Shown: piece after piece, positions 20,384-31,432 of the stretch
Layout: the number at the start of each line of letters is the position of its first letter
Position numbering within the stretch: the stretch's first letter is position 1
Assembly (NCBI GenBank): GCA_965215275.1
Contig: OZ244044.1
Location: 1,728,001 to 1,792,000, forward strand
DNA from: Thermodesulfobacteriota bacterium
GTDB taxonomy: Bacteria > Desulfobacterota_D > UBA1144 > Nemesobacterales > JAJCZQ01
Length of the DNA: 64,000 nucleotides
Direction: 5' to 3'
Notes under the pieces: model-generated
The model's database searches: none
Told to the model about the DNA's origin: nothing
Seen by the model: the letters and a program-made list of their open reading frames with translations, nothing else
Program-made: the position numbers and the translations under genes

Positions 20384-20648
20384 CAATGAGGTCCCTTTCA
20401 AAGGCGTTGAACTGACTGAAATCTTTCCCATCAGAATATCTGCTGGCTGCTTACGGGAGAAAAAGCGGTATCTTTCTGTTAAAATCCTCTTTTCTTTTGA
20501 TGTTAAATGTCCTTATTACATAAGGGTCTAACTACAAGGTTTTTCACTCGGTACGAATATAATCTTGTTAAAAATGTCTTTTTTATTCATTTAGCATAGT
20601 TACACATATTATTCCCCATCCTTTTGCGTCTGATCTTCAATTTTCATC

Positions 20649-22466
20649 TTATGAAGTCAGCAGCGTCTTGATTTCTGCCGGCAGTGTAACATTAAATCTT
20701 TTCTCGAATTCAGTTACGCTTTTGTACTCATCGTGAAAAAAGTAGGCAATATTAGACCATTTTCTACTAATGGTCAGGTCTGCTTTAGCACTTTCCCATT
20801 TACTCATGCATAGTTTCATAATTGCCCGTTCATAGTAGTTGCGATCTTCATCTGGATCAATTTCTATTGCCTTGTCAAATTCCTTAATTGCTTCCTTGTA
20901 TTGTCCAAGGCTGCCTTTGGCACGTCCTCTGTTATAACAAATGCAGGGATAGATACGTTCTGTAAATCCCGGATCAAGTTTTATTGCTTTATTAAGGTCC
21001 TCAACTGCTTCCTCGTGTTGCCCAAGACTGCTTTTGGCAAGTCCTCTGTTGTAATAAACATGGTCATAGAGTGTATCGCCCAATTGGGGATTGATCTCTA
21101 TTGCTTTGTCATAGTCCTTGATCGCTTCCTTGTATTGTTCTTTTGCCTTAGCAATATCTTGTTCTAAATCTCTCAGTTGTTCTCCTAGTCCGAATCTGCT
21201 ATCTCCTCTGTTATAGTAGAATTTTGCATCTTGCGGGTCTATCTTTATTGCTTCGTTAAAATCCTTAATGGCTTCCTCGTATTTTTCAGATTGTAACTTG
21301 GCATTTCCTCTGCTGTAGTAAATTTCCGCATCTTGCGGACCTGTCTCTATCACTTTGTCAAAGTCCTTGATCGCTTCTTCGTAGTATCCAATCTCGTATT
21401 TGATAATTCCACTGCTGTAGCAGACTTCTGCATCTTGCGGGTCTATCCCTGCCGCTTTATCAAGATCTTCAATAGCTTCTTCTCCTGTCTTTTCTATAGT
21501 TTCGTCTAATTTTTCGTCCCGGCTCCCAATACGTGGTTCATACATAACTTTGGTAAGTTCTTTAGCAAACAAAGCTCTGGAAAGTCCTCTATTATAGTAG
21601 GCTACTCCGTCTCGCGGGTTCATATCTATTGCTTTGCCAAAGTCCTTGACCGCTTCCTCGTATTGACCAAGCAGGATCCTGATATACCCTCTGTTACAAA
21701 AAGATTCTGCGTCTTGAGGATCGATCTTTATTAATTCGTCAAAGTCCTCGATCACCTCTCCGTGTAACTCAAGCAGTTTTTTGGCAACCTTTCTGCCAGC
21801 GTGGGTAAACAGATGCTTCGGATAGACCTCTATAATTTTGTCAAAATCCTTGATCGCTTCTTTGAGTTTTCCAAGATTTCCTTTGGCATGTCCTCTTTCA
21901 TAATAACAGTGAAAATACGCAAATTGTGGGTCGATCTTCATAACTTTATCAAAGTCCTCGACCGCTTCCTTGTATTGTCCAAGTTCGTTTTTGGCAAACC
22001 CTCTGTTATAGTAAATATCTGCATCTTGCAGACCTGTCTCTACTGCTTTGTCAAAGTCCTCGATCGCTTCTCTGTATCGTTTAATATAGGTTTTGGTAAG
22101 CCCTCTTTTATAATAAACCTCTGTATCTTGCGGACCTATCTCTATTGCGTTACCAAAGTCCCTAATTGCTTCTTTGTATTGCCAAAGTCGGGTTTTAGCA
22201 AATCCTCTGTCAGTGTAGGATTTTGCATCCTGTGGGTTCATCTCTATTGCTTTATTAAAATATTCAATTGCTTTGTCGTACTGCTCAAGTTTGACCGCGG
22301 CAAGCCCTCTGCCAGCATATGCTCTTGCAAATTGAGAATCAAGATGGATCGCCTCATCTAGATCATCAATAGCTTTTATGAACTCTCCTTTGTTCAAAAA
22401 CGCGTTTCCGCGTTCAAAGTATCCTTTTGCATCTTTTGGTTCTGGCAATGTATTTGATTTGTCCAC
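20649..22466 (-). CDS. tetratricopeptide repeat protein
   Basis: more than a dozen 34-aa repeats YYNRG.AK..LGQY.EAI.DFDKAIEIDP. Confidence 0.92.
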   Translation of the reverse strand: MDKSNTLPEPKDAKGYFERGNAFLNKGEFIKAIDDLDEAIHLDSQFARAYAGRGLAAVKLEQYDKAIEYFNKAIEMNPQDAKSYTDRGFAKTRLWQYKEAIRDFGNAIEIGPQDTEVYYKRGLTKTYIKRYREAIEDFDKAVETGLQDADIYYNRGFAKNELGQYKEAVEDFDKVMKIDPQFAYFHCYYERGHAKGNLGKLKEAIKDFDKIIEVYPKHLFTHAGRKVAKKLLELHGEVIEDFDELIKIDPQDAESFCNRGYIRILLGQYEEAVKDFGKAIDMNPRDGVAYYNRGLSRALFAKELTKVMYEPRIGSRDEKLDETIEKTGEEAIEDLDKAAGIDPQDAEVCYSSGIIKYEIGYYEEAIKDFDKVIETGPQDAEIYYSRGNAKLQSEKYEEAIKDFNEAIKIDPQDAKFYYNRGDSRFGLGEQLRDLEQDIAKAKEQYKEAIKDYDKAIEINPQLGDTLYDHVYYNRGLAKSSLGQHEEAVEDLNKAIKLDPGFTERIYPCICYNRGRAKGSLGQYKEAIKEFDKAIEIDPDEDRNYYERAIMKLCMSKWESAKADLTISRKWSNIAYFFHDEYKSVTEFEKRFNVTLPAEIKTLLTS

Positions 22467-22614
22467 GTTTATTCTCCGGAAGTCGCATTCTTTACTGACT
22501 ATTATACAGTAAAATTTGCAGAAGGTTTATATAGTCTGACAAAAATTGAACTCTTTTACCATAACTAAAAGGTCGGGATTTAATACTCCAATCAGCCAGT
22601 TACCTATGCTACGG

Positions 22615-22642
22615 AGTGTATAAAGCATTTTCTTTATACACT
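22615..22642. other. 11-bp perfect inverted repeat hairpin/operator
   Basis: AGTGTATAAAG-CATTTT-CTTTATACACT upstream of TPR gene. Confidence 0.5.
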
Positions 22643-22766
22643 AAACAAACTTCTTAAAAATCTCTTTTTCAGCGATCTGCTGGCACGCTCTAAACCTGCA
22701 ATGGCTTTATTAGATTGATTAATCTTGATTTTGGCATGTCCACTACTATAAATGTAGGTCTGCAGC

Positions 22767-22875
22767 CCTGAATTTGTTTATCAAATAGATTTAGCAGAGC
22801 GTATTATGCGTGAAGAGACCATGATATTTTCAAAAACTGGCTGATTAGTGGCTGAACCACAGACTGGATTGTAGA
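22767..22875 (+). pseudogene. degraded AbrB-type antitoxin end / Doc-like toxin start
   Basis: frameshifted PEFVYQIDLAERIMRE.DHDIF..LAD* followed by overlapping GTG-AEP..WI. Confidence 0.35.
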
Positions 22876-22884
22876 AAATAGTGT

Positions 22885-25800
22885 TTATTGAACTTTTTTG
22901 CAACCTGGTCCTGCAAGAGAACTGCGACCGCCGGAGACAGGTGTTATGGTTATCTGTGTGCTTATTCTTCCCTTCAGTGCAGATACGTGGGAAATGATTC
23001 CAATAAGTTTATCCTCCTGCTGGAGTTCGGATAAAGTTTCCAGAGCAGTCTCCAGAGATTCTTCATCCAAGGTACCGAAACCTTCATCAAGAAACAAGGA
23101 ATCCACTCGAACTTTACGGCTAGCCATCTTGGAAAGCCCTAGTGCCAGTGCAAGACTTACGATGAAACTTTCCCCACCGGATAAATTCTTGGTCGATCTG
23201 ATTTCGCCGGCTTGGTAATTGTCAATGACGTTCAATTCCAAGGGACGTTCGTCATCAAGAATAAGCAGGTAACGGTCTTTCATCGTTTCCAGCTGACGGT
23301 TTGTATGTGAAACCATCAACTTAAAAGTTAGTCCTTGGGCAAAGTTACGGTATTTTTTGCCATCAGCAGAACCAATTAAACTATGCAGATTATTCCACCT
23401 GTTACACTCTTTTTCCTGAGCATCTACGGCTGTCTGCTTTTCTTTCTCTCGCTCTTTAGCGGCTTTATTCTCACTCAATTTATACTTGAGACCGGCAATG
23501 ACATCTTGCAGTTGTTGCAAAGATTCTTCATTCTCTTCTAATTGCGGTTCCAGTTCCTCAAGAGGTTTATCCGTAACCTTCTTGTTCATTTCCGAGTCTA
23601 AAAGCCTTTCACGGTCTTCTTGCATGACCTTGATATCTCTTTGTCTGTCATTCAGTTCTTTTGCTCTGGCAGACAGTACCTCCTGCTGCTCTGCTGTTAG
23701 TCTGGCTTCAAAAAACTCTTTTTCATCTGAAAAACCAACCTGTGCAAGAGTTGTAGCAAATTTGGATTCTGCATCTTCCAGTTTTGGACATCTTTGGTTT
23801 ATTTGTTTTTTCAGTAATTCCACACGAGTATTTGCAGTGTTCAATTTCTGCTGCGACTCATCGCGTAATTTTCTTGTCTTTTTTTCTATTTCTTCAGCAT
23901 TGTCAATAGCCTCTTTCAAGCGAATCTGCTCACTGTCAGGATCTTTATCACCATACTTTTCTTCCCGCCTATTACTTTCAGCAGTATATTCCTTTTTTAA
24001 GGTCTCAAGGGTTTTCCTTTCCTCGTTCAATTGGTTGTTTTGGGTTTCTATAATTGCTTCAAGACTCTTAATCTCGCTGTCAAATTCTGCAATTCGGTTT
24101 TTAATTTCAGTCTTTTTACTATACTGACGTTGCCACTTGTCAAGGCGTTTCTTGAGTAGCTCAAGCAGTGATGAAACATCATCAGGAACTTCTGAAATGC
24201 CAAGCATCTGAAGTTTATTAGATACATTCTGTTTTAATTCAGTAAAATCATCACGAACTTTTTCTAAGCTATCTATAGTCTCGGAAAGAACTTTCTCGGC
24301 AACCTTTTTATCATTAGCTGCTACTGCTTCCAGCTTTTCACTATCCGTCAGATTTTTGCGGGTAGCAACTTCAGTTTCCTCAAGTTTTTTAATAGAAGCC
24401 TCCTGATCTACAGATTTGGTGATCAGTTTAGCAAGTTCTTTGATTTCTTTTTCGGTTTCATCGGGTATTGAAATGTTCCCTTTCACAAAGAGGTGTTCTT
24501 TCGCACCACAGAACGGATAAAGATCGCCGTCCCCTGGTTTATCCCGATAATTTCCAAGTTTCTCAAACTTTGACAGAAAAGTCATTCCACAAAGCAAGCT
24601 TTTTTTCTTGGTGTGGTATTTTTGCAGCAGTTGGTTACTCAGCAATTTACTCTTGCTCAGTAACTTGCTCAAAGTATTCTTTTCTTGCTGAATGTATTTT
24701 GATATGTTCTCTTGTTTTTGTTTGCAGTTTCTGCATTGCTCCGTGCACTCTTTGAGTTTCTTTATCGCCTGATCAAGAACCGTGTTAGCCTCTCTGTGGT
24801 CAACTTCTTTGTTGTTAATCTCCGTTTGTCTGGAGCACAGGCTGCCTAGCTGCTCTTCGACACCGGCAAGACCGCTTATCAGCCATTCGTCCTGTACATA
24901 TTTCTTGAGATAACTGTCAACTGGTTTCAAGCTTTTTTCTGCCTCAGTACGCTTTTTCTTCTCTTTAAGTATTTCTTGTTTATTAGCCTCAATTTTTGCC
25001 TCATATTTTTCACAGCTACATTCACTTTCATTAATAATCTTTTCCTGTTTAGCAAGATGAGCATCAAGTGAGCGAATTTCCTGAATGAGTGGTTCAGCAG
25101 CGTCCAGTTCCTCTTTGACTTTAATTATTTGCTGTTCGGCTAATTTAAGTGATTCAGCATGTTCTTTAGCGAAAGATTCCAGTTCAGGAAGAAGCACTTC
25201 TTCAGATTCCAAGTCCTCCTGATCGTCTGACTGCTGCTCTCGGGTTGTCGTAAGTTCTGCATACAAACCATCCAGTAAAGAAGCCTTTTTTGATCGTTCA
25301 AGTTTTTCACGCTCTGGTTTGAAATCATCTATATCACTCTGCAACTCAACTTCTTCTTCAGAAAGTCTGTTAATTTCTTTCTTTAACTTATCAACAGTGT
25401 TGAGCCATGTAATAGCTTCTTTCGTTTTGGTTAATTTATCATTAAGTTCTGTTTCTTCTTTTTTCTTTACATTGAGTTCCCGTTCAATCTTTTTTTCCTG
25501 TTCCGGTTCCAGAACAGTAATGCCTGATTTTTCGGCCTGAAGCAGATTTAACTTCTCTTCCTCTTCACGCCGTCGTTTGTGGACACGCTGTGAAATTTCC
25601 GAATAAATCTCTGTGTCGGTGATCTGCTCAAGAATCCTTGACTTTTGTTCAGTATCCGCCTTTAGGAAAGCATCAAAGTTACCTTGAGCCAGCAGCATGG
25701 AACGGATAAAACGATTAAAGTCCATTCCTGTTTTTTCTTCAATTACTTTGGGCACTAACCTCTTTTGGGTTTCAATAAGTTCGCGGGTATCACCATCTGC

Positions 25801-26148
25801 AATCCAGTGCTCTTGACTCTGTAGATCACCTTCAGCACGTCTCCGTGCACGACGCTGCTCCCAGTGACAAAGGAAACGGCCAGTCTGGGATTCAAACACC
25901 ACCTCGGCATAGCATTCTCCGGTCTGACGCGACATAATCCCGTTCTCACTCTTGGTTATTTTTCCAAGGCGAGGCGTTGAACCATACAAGGCAAGGCAGA
26001 TGGCATCAAGAACAGTTGACTTGCCAGCACCTGTAGGTCCGGTAAGAGCAAAAATCCCATTGGATACATATTCTGGGTCTGTAAAGTCAATGAACCATTC
26101 ACCGTAGAGGGAGTTGAGGTTTTTAAATCTGAGTTCAAGTATCTTCAT
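22885..26148 (-). CDS. sbcC: SbcC/Rad50 ATPase
   Basis: GPTGAGKS, LAQG.F, long coiled coil, LSGGESF, FLDEGFGTLD, IISH. Confidence 0.93.
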   Translation of the reverse strand: MKILELRFKNLNSLYGEWFIDFTDPEYVSNGIFALTGPTGAGKSTVLDAICLALYGSTPRLGKITKSENGIMSRQTGECYAEVVFESQTGRFLCHWEQRRARRRAEGDLQSQEHWIADGDTRELIETQKRLVPKVIEEKTGMDFNRFIRSMLLAQGNFDAFLKADTEQKSRILEQITDTEIYSEISQRVHKRRREEEEKLNLLQAEKSGITVLEPEQEKKIERELNVKKKEETELNDKLTKTKEAITWLNTVDKLKKEINRLSEEEVELQSDIDDFKPEREKLERSKKASLLDGLYAELTTTREQQSDDQEDLESEEVLLPELESFAKEHAESLKLAEQQIIKVKEELDAAEPLIQEIRSLDAHLAKQEKIINESECSCEKYEAKIEANKQEILKEKKKRTEAEKSLKPVDSYLKKYVQDEWLISGLAGVEEQLGSLCSRQTEINNKEVDHREANTVLDQAIKKLKECTEQCRNCKQKQENISKYIQQEKNTLSKLLSKSKLLSNQLLQKYHTKKKSLLCGMTFLSKFEKLGNYRDKPGDGDLYPFCGAKEHLFVKGNISIPDETEKEIKELAKLITKSVDQEASIKKLEETEVATRKNLTDSEKLEAVAANDKKVAEKVLSETIDSLEKVRDDFTELKQNVSNKLQMLGISEVPDDVSSLLELLKKRLDKWQRQYSKKTEIKNRIAEFDSEIKSLEAIIETQNNQLNEERKTLETLKKEYTAESNRREEKYGDKDPDSEQIRLKEAIDNAEEIEKKTRKLRDESQQKLNTANTRVELLKKQINQRCPKLEDAESKFATTLAQVGFSDEKEFFEARLTAEQQEVLSARAKELNDRQRDIKVMQEDRERLLDSEMNKKVTDKPLEELEPQLEENEESLQQLQDVIAGLKYKLSENKAAKEREKEKQTAVDAQEKECNRWNNLHSLIGSADGKKYRNFAQGLTFKLMVSHTNRQLETMKDRYLLILDDERPLELNVIDNYQAGEIRSTKNLSGGESFIVSLALALGLSKMASRKVRVDSLFLDEGFGTLDEESLETALETLSELQQEDKLIGIISHVSALKGRISTQITITPVSGGRSSLAGPGCKKVQ

Positions 26149-26159
26149 AATCAGCCTCT

Positions 26160-27401
26160 TTATTCCTCGTTTACATCTTCTTCTATAAGAGAGTTTATTA
26201 TTTCTTTATAGGATGCCATCAACTCATCCCGTTGCTCCTCATTCGATATATTGGAAGTGTCCATATAAAGAGAAAAAACATCAAATTCATCCAGATCATC
26301 AAGAGTTTCATTCTCAGTAAGACTATTAATGGTTCGTTCAATAACTTGTTTGTTTTTGATCCGCCGGATTTCCATGTTGGAACCGGCCAGAGTTTCATAT
26401 ATTCTGTCTCGAAGGTTACTGATGATTTCATTGCCCGTATATTCAATCTCAAGCCAAGCACTACTTTTTGTTTTCTTAAGTTCTTCCAGCTTTGCATATA
26501 TATCATCCATTTCCCCCGCGATGCGGATCAATGGCTGAAAACACGGCACTTTGATTTCTTTAATGTTTGGAGTAGTACTGTCGAACTCAATCAGAACAAC
26601 CTTCTTTTCTTGAGTTGCCTCACCGTAACCCATCGGAATAGGTGACCCGCAATAGCGAATATGTTTTTTCTTGCCAACAGTTTGAGGAATATGTAAATGT
26701 CCCAGTGCAAGATAGTCGATTGATGAAGGAAATGCTTCCTCACCTACATATGCTAATGAACCTACATAAAGTTCCCGGACACCATCTCCATCAACTGTCT
26801 TACCACCTTTGGTATATAGGTGTCCCATAGCAATGATAGGAATATCAGCATGTACATCTTGTGAAAATTCAGACCTTTTCTGCTCTGCTACGGAACAGAT
26901 GTCCGCATAGTGTTTTTTCTGTCCCTCAATGAGTTTTGCACCTTTATTGTCAATAGTGTCTCCAGGCTCAACTGTACAAATATCCTTATCACGCAGATAC
27001 GGCACCGCACACACAATTACCTCCGGTTGTTCATCCTTGTAAAGAACGATCACTTCATCTGCCAAGTTTTCTGTCATGGAACCTACAACATATACATTCA
27101 GTGCTCGCAGCAATTCCTTAGGAGCATTCAGAAATGACGGTGAGTCATGATTTCCAGCAATTACAACAACATGTCGGCAACAGGAAGTAGAAACCTCGAA
27201 GAGAAAACGATAGTAAAGTTCCTGTGCCCGATTACTGGGTGTACTGGTATGAAAAATATCACCAGCCACAAGAAGGATATCGACCTCCTTTTCTTCAACC
27301 GTTTTGGCCAGCCATTCTAGAAATTTGGCAAACTCATCATAGCGTTTTCTGCCATAAAGAGAATGACCTAAATGCCAGTCCGATGTGTGAAGGACTCTCA
27401 T
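26160..27401 (-). CDS. sbcD: SbcD/Mre11 nuclease
   Basis: HTSDWHLG, AGD, GNHDS, ALGHLH, YCGSP. Confidence 0.95.
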   Translation of the reverse strand: MRVLHTSDWHLGHSLYGRKRYDEFAKFLEWLAKTVEEKEVDILLVAGDIFHTSTPSNRAQELYYRFLFEVSTSCCRHVVVIAGNHDSPSFLNAPKELLRALNVYVVGSMTENLADEVIVLYKDEQPEVIVCAVPYLRDKDICTVEPGDTIDNKGAKLIEGQKKHYADICSVAEQKRSEFSQDVHADIPIIAMGHLYTKGGKTVDGDGVRELYVGSLAYVGEEAFPSSIDYLALGHLHIPQTVGKKKHIRYCGSPIPMGYGEATQEKKVVLIEFDSTTPNIKEIKVPCFQPLIRIAGEMDDIYAKLEELKKTKSSAWLEIEYTGNEIISNLRDRIYETLAGSNMEIRRIKNKQVIERTINSLTENETLDDLDEFDVFSLYMDTSNISNEEQRDELMASYKEIINSLIEEDVNEE

Positions 27402-27503
27402 ATAAACTCCTAGGTTTCTTCTTTAAGAGGATCTTCTTTTACGCCAATGCTTTGAAGTAAATCCCGATACTGATCTGAGTCATTTTCCCTCAAATACACA
27501 GTT

Positions 27504-28664
27504 TTAACCATAAATAAATTTGTCTATATACTTCTCCTTAAAATGTGATAAAACTTCATATTCTCCGATTACTCCTTTAAAGTAAGCATTGCGGTAAATT
27601 TCCTTTTCCGGTGGAGAGTAAATAGGTCTGGGAGATCTTCCTTTGTTTTGTCTTCCCATTGTTTCTTTGATTTTTTCTAATTGTTTTTTCTCTTCAATAG
27701 CTTTATATTCGTCTTTTAATTTTCGTTTGAATGACGAGTATTTGTCCCATGAAATAGTTTCTTGAGTAAACAAACGTGTGAAAATTGCCAAACGGCTTAT
27801 ATGGTATTTTTGTGAATAAGTTTTAATTTGCTGGTTATCGTAATTTGGGTCTTGTTTGAATATATCTTGCAATTCTTCTTCAAAATCTGCTGACAGAAAA
27901 GTAAAGGCAAAATCATTACACCATTTTTCTACATCATTTAATGATCCATGGTTTGTTTTTATATCGAATGGCTGTTCGTCTAATTCTTCTTTTGTTAATA
28001 AATAATGCCCCAACTCATGTATCAGGGTAAATATCTCTCTCTTGAATGATCTCTGTTGTCTTTTAATAACTATGTTATTAGGTGTAAGAAAAAAACCGTC
28101 TATATTAGCTCTATCCTTTTGATTCGGATACTCTATAAATTCCAAGACCAGGATATTGTGTTCTGCAAAGTTATTAATTAGGGTTTTTAAAAAATCCCTA
28201 TCTTTTGGGATATTGCGTTCTATAGGATAGATCTTCTTTCTTATTTGAATGGCAACTTCCTGAGGGGGATCTGTTAGGCTGGATTTATCAAGTTTCTTAC
28301 TTAGTTTATAGTTAGAGAGTTTAGATAATGCAGATAAGGAACGAATACGTGTTTCCATTTTGCTAACGACCTTCCTGTCTTCTAAACTTATAGTAGAATT
28401 AAAATTTGTTTTTCTGAAAAATATGCTCGCTTTATTTTCTTCTTTTGGTTCGTTAGGATCGGTATAAAAAGAAAGTCCTTTATCAAAGATTCTATCTATT
28501 TTTTTGAGATGACTTTCTTTTATGTTGTCGTTAAATATTTCTTGTTCTTTGATGGGATTTTTTAGTTTCTCACTTATCTTTTTCAATAGTTCTTCTTTGG
28601 AAAGTCCAAAGAGTTTCATCTGATATTTAATTCTTCGAGGATTTATTGTTATATGTTCAGTCAT
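27504..28664 (-). CDS. ImmA/IrrE-family metallopeptidase with N-terminal HTH-like region
   Basis: FTLIHELGH, E.WCNDFA, ISRLA. Confidence 0.8.
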   Translation of the reverse strand: MTEHITINPRRIKYQMKLFGLSKEELLKKISEKLKNPIKEQEIFNDNIKESHLKKIDRIFDKGLSFYTDPNEPKEENKASIFFRKTNFNSTISLEDRKVVSKMETRIRSLSALSKLSNYKLSKKLDKSSLTDPPQEVAIQIRKKIYPIERNIPKDRDFLKTLINNFAEHNILVLEFIEYPNQKDRANIDGFFLTPNNIVIKRQQRSFKREIFTLIHELGHYLLTKEELDEQPFDIKTNHGSLNDVEKWCNDFAFTFLSADFEEELQDIFKQDPNYDNQQIKTYSQKYHISRLAIFTRLFTQETISWDKYSSFKRKLKDEYKAIEEKKQLEKIKETMGRQNKGRSPRPIYSPPEKEIYRNAYFKGVIGEYEVLSHFKEKYIDKFIYG

Positions 28665-28711
28665 AGTACAACTCCTCTAATCTTCTTGATGTTTGTCTGT
28701 ACAGAGGAAGT

Positions 28712-29401
28712 TTAAATATTAGCACATTCCGTCAAAAAACTCTCAAATATCCGCTTTGACTGCTTGGTGTCTTCCAGTTCCGGGTGCCACTGGATCCCTA
28801 AAACGAACTGAGTTTTGTGCTCTATGCCTTCTATGACCCCATCGGGTGAAATGGCATTGATGATAAGCTTGTTCCCTAGTCTGTTCACTGCCTGATGATG
28901 GTAGCTTTTGACGTTAAACTCTTTGTCCTTCACTATGCCGTGCAGTCTTGACCCTTCCTGTATTTTAACAGGGTGTTCCGAACCTTTTTCATGGGTAAGG
29001 GAAGTTTCAATTAATGACTTTATATCCTGATACAGAGAACCTTGGAAGAAAACGTTTATAAGCTGCATACCACCGCATATACCCAGAACGGGCTTTTTAT
29101 TTTCCATAGCGATTTTCAGAGCAGCAAATTCGGTCTCTGTTCTTTCTTTGTTCATAGGATTTATCTTTGGATGAGGTTCCTGCTGGTAGTATTGAGGGTC
29201 CATGTCCCTTGAACCAGGTAAGAACAAACCGTCAGTTTTCTTAATTGTATCGGTAAGGTAAGAATACTGCCGTTCAACGGTCGGTATAAGAACGGGTAAT
29301 CCGCCGTATCTGACTATAGCCCTGGAATAATATTCTTCAATAGAATTGTGATCGTCCTTAAGGTCGGTTGTGATTCCGATAAGAGGCTTTGCCCTTTTCA
29401 T
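28712..29401 (-). CDS. peptidase C26 / PuuD-like glutamine amidotransferase
   Basis: LGICGGMQ, SYHHQ, QWHPE. Confidence 0.9.
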   Translation of the reverse strand: MKRAKPLIGITTDLKDDHNSIEEYYSRAIVRYGGLPVLIPTVERQYSYLTDTIKKTDGLFLPGSRDMDPQYYQQEPHPKINPMNKERTETEFAALKIAMENKKPVLGICGGMQLINVFFQGSLYQDIKSLIETSLTHEKGSEHPVKIQEGSRLHGIVKDKEFNVKSYHHQAVNRLGNKLIINAISPDGVIEGIEHKTQFVLGIQWHPELEDTKQSKRIFESFLTECANI

Positions 29402-29422
29402 AAGGTCAGGGGTCTATAGAGA

Positions 29423-30271
29423 TCAGGACATTCCCATGGATAAGTCTTCCAGCTTGCTGATCCTTTCTTCCGTTGGTGGGTGTGTGCTGAACAACCTGGC
29501 AAAACCTTTACCGACCAAGGGGTTTACGATCATCATGTGGGCGGTGCTGTCTGCCGTCTGCTCACTTACACTGGTAGGAGCTTTTCCCGATGCCCGCTCC
29601 AGTTTTCTCAGTGCTTCAGAAAGGTAAAGTGGGTTACCACAGATCTCCGCACCGCTTTTATCCGCCACGAACTCCCTTGTTCTTGATATGGCCATTCTTA
29701 TAAGGCTTGCAGCCAGGGGTGCAAGTATCATCATTGCAATAAGTGCAATCGGATTACCTCGTCCTCTGTCGCTTCCTCCTCCAAAGAACATTGCAAAATA
29801 TGCAAGGTAAGTAATTGCAGTGGAAATCGTAGCAGCGATACAGCCAATAAGAATATCCCTGTTTTTAATATGAGCTAGTTCATGGGCAATTACACCTTTG
29901 AGTTCGTTTCTGTTTAGCAGTCCCATTATTCCCTCAGTGAAGGCAACTGCTGAATGGTCTGTATCTCTGCCAGTTGCAAAAGCGTTGGGTGTCTGCTCTG
30001 GTATTATATAGACTTTTGGCATTGGAAGTCCTGCTTTTTGAGCAAGCTCCTGAACATCTCTATAAAGTTCAGGTTGTTCTGTATAGGTAACTTTTTGTGC
30101 ACCGTACATTTTCAAGACGATCTTATCACTCCACCAGTAGCTTGCGAAGTTCATCATCAAGGCAAATCCAAGTGCTATAATGGCTCCGTTCGGTCCGCCG
30201 ATATACCCGCCCATCCATATCAGGAGAGCAGATAAGGACGTGAGAAGTATTATGCTTTTTAATGTGTTCAT
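29423..30271 (-). CDS. htpX: zinc metalloprotease HtpX
   Basis: PNAFATG, HELAH, SRTREF.AD, STHPP..ERI. Confidence 0.95.
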   Translation of the reverse strand: MNTLKSIILLTSLSALLIWMGGYIGGPNGAIIALGFALMMNFASYWWSDKIVLKMYGAQKVTYTEQPELYRDVQELAQKAGLPMPKVYIIPEQTPNAFATGRDTDHSAVAFTEGIMGLLNRNELKGVIAHELAHIKNRDILIGCIAATISTAITYLAYFAMFFGGGSDRGRGNPIALIAMMILAPLAASLIRMAISRTREFVADKSGAEICGNPLYLSEALRKLERASGKAPTSVSEQTADSTAHMMIVNPLVGKGFARLFSTHPPTEERISKLEDLSMGMS

Positions 30272-30487
30272 TGATTTCCCCTTTTGGTCATTAAATTAAC
30301 AAACTCTATACTCACATAATAATAACTACTTGGCGGAGGTCAATACAAATTTCTTGATATTGATAGTTCGTTGACCCGGCGGAAGTTTTTTATTAGTGTA
30401 GTAAGCGGATAAAGTATAAGGATCTGATTCGTTAACCAACACCCACTGTAAATCAGATCGGGAAGGTTGTTATAGAAGGAAATTAAT

Positions 30488-31093
30488 ATGCCTAAAGGGT
30501 TAAGGAAACTTGTAGAGAGTTATGTAAATAAACAAAAACACAAAGTTGTAGAGTTTTATCAGGATCATGTCGTTTATAGTATAAACAACAAAAGATCAAT
30601 GAATTGCTATAGAGGGGAAGAGGAATTTGTCAGGGCTTATCTTATCGCTAAACTTGTTAATGAATTAGATTACGACCCTGAGAAGATTGAGATAGAAGTT
30701 CAATATCAAATAGGAAGACCCAGTAGGTCGGCAGCAGAAGTTGATATTATAGCAAGAGATACTAAAGGTAATGCTTTTTTATTTATTGAAGTAAAAGCTC
30801 CATATACATACAAGAATGAAAGAGAAAAAGCAATAAAAGGACAGTTGTTTGATGTCGCATGGCACGAGTATAGAAATAATAAGGTTAAGTATTTAGTCTA
30901 TTACACTCTGGACTTTAGTAGTGGTTCACTTAAAGACGAATGTACAGTTATAGATTTTGAGAAGTTCAAAGACTACGATACATGGAATAAAAAAGGACAA
31001 GACTTTAGTAATGAAATACCAAAGATAGGTGGCAAGTCTAAAAAGAGACTTTATACAATATGTTTTCTTGTTATGATAATTCTAATCATATGA
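30488..31093 (+). CDS. stand-alone HsdR-N-like PD-(D/E)xK domain protein, probably truncated type IIG/I R-M fragment
   Basis: EEFVRA..L...L.Y..E.I..E, VDII, FIEVK; ends in hydrophobic tail, no MTase domain follows. Confidence 0.6.
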   Translation: MPKGLRKLVESYVNKQKHKVVEFYQDHVVYSINNKRSMNCYRGEEEFVRAYLIAKLVNELDYDPEKIEIEVQYQIGRPSRSAAEVDIIARDTKGNAFLFIEVKAPYTYKNEREKAIKGQLFDVAWHEYRNNKVKYLVYYTLDFSSGSLKDECTVIDFEKFKDYDTWNKKGQDFSNEIPKIGGKSKKRLYTICFLVMIILII

Positions 31094-31432
31094 TTATGGG
31101 TAGATGTCCTGTGCTTGGGTTAGATGTTTCAGATGCCAATATTGGTGGTAAAAAGATGTTGATCTTGTAGTTGATGAACTAAAAGAAGTTATAGATTGGT
31201 TTATTTCTGATGTTAAAGAATGTGGTGGAGTGTCTTATAGTCCGTTTTTAGATAAAGATATTAGAGCTTAATTGGATATAAACATATGAAAAAACAAAAA
31301 GATAACAAACAGAAAAAAGAAGACTTAGATATGAAGTGGCAAGTAATAAGTAAATAGATAAATAATTGTTTTATATATTTTAGTATATAATTCCCTAATC
31401 TCTTATCCAAAGGAACATTAGATAATTTCAAG

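Noticed and set aside
20901..22361. Plus-strand ORFs inside the TPR gene and similar antisense ORFs (e.g. 23486..24127, 62993..63538, 52320..52844)
   Set aside because: Shadow frames of strong genes on the opposite strand, with no independent motifs
22590..22846. MITE from 12-bp inverted repeat AATCAGCCAGTT
   Set aside because: No target duplication; right arm lies in a decayed antitoxin-like coding remnant; no second copy seen
27405..27510. DUF4411-type partner of the ImmA/IrrE gene
   Set aside because: Only about 100 bp with an overlapping ATG remain; too little to assign
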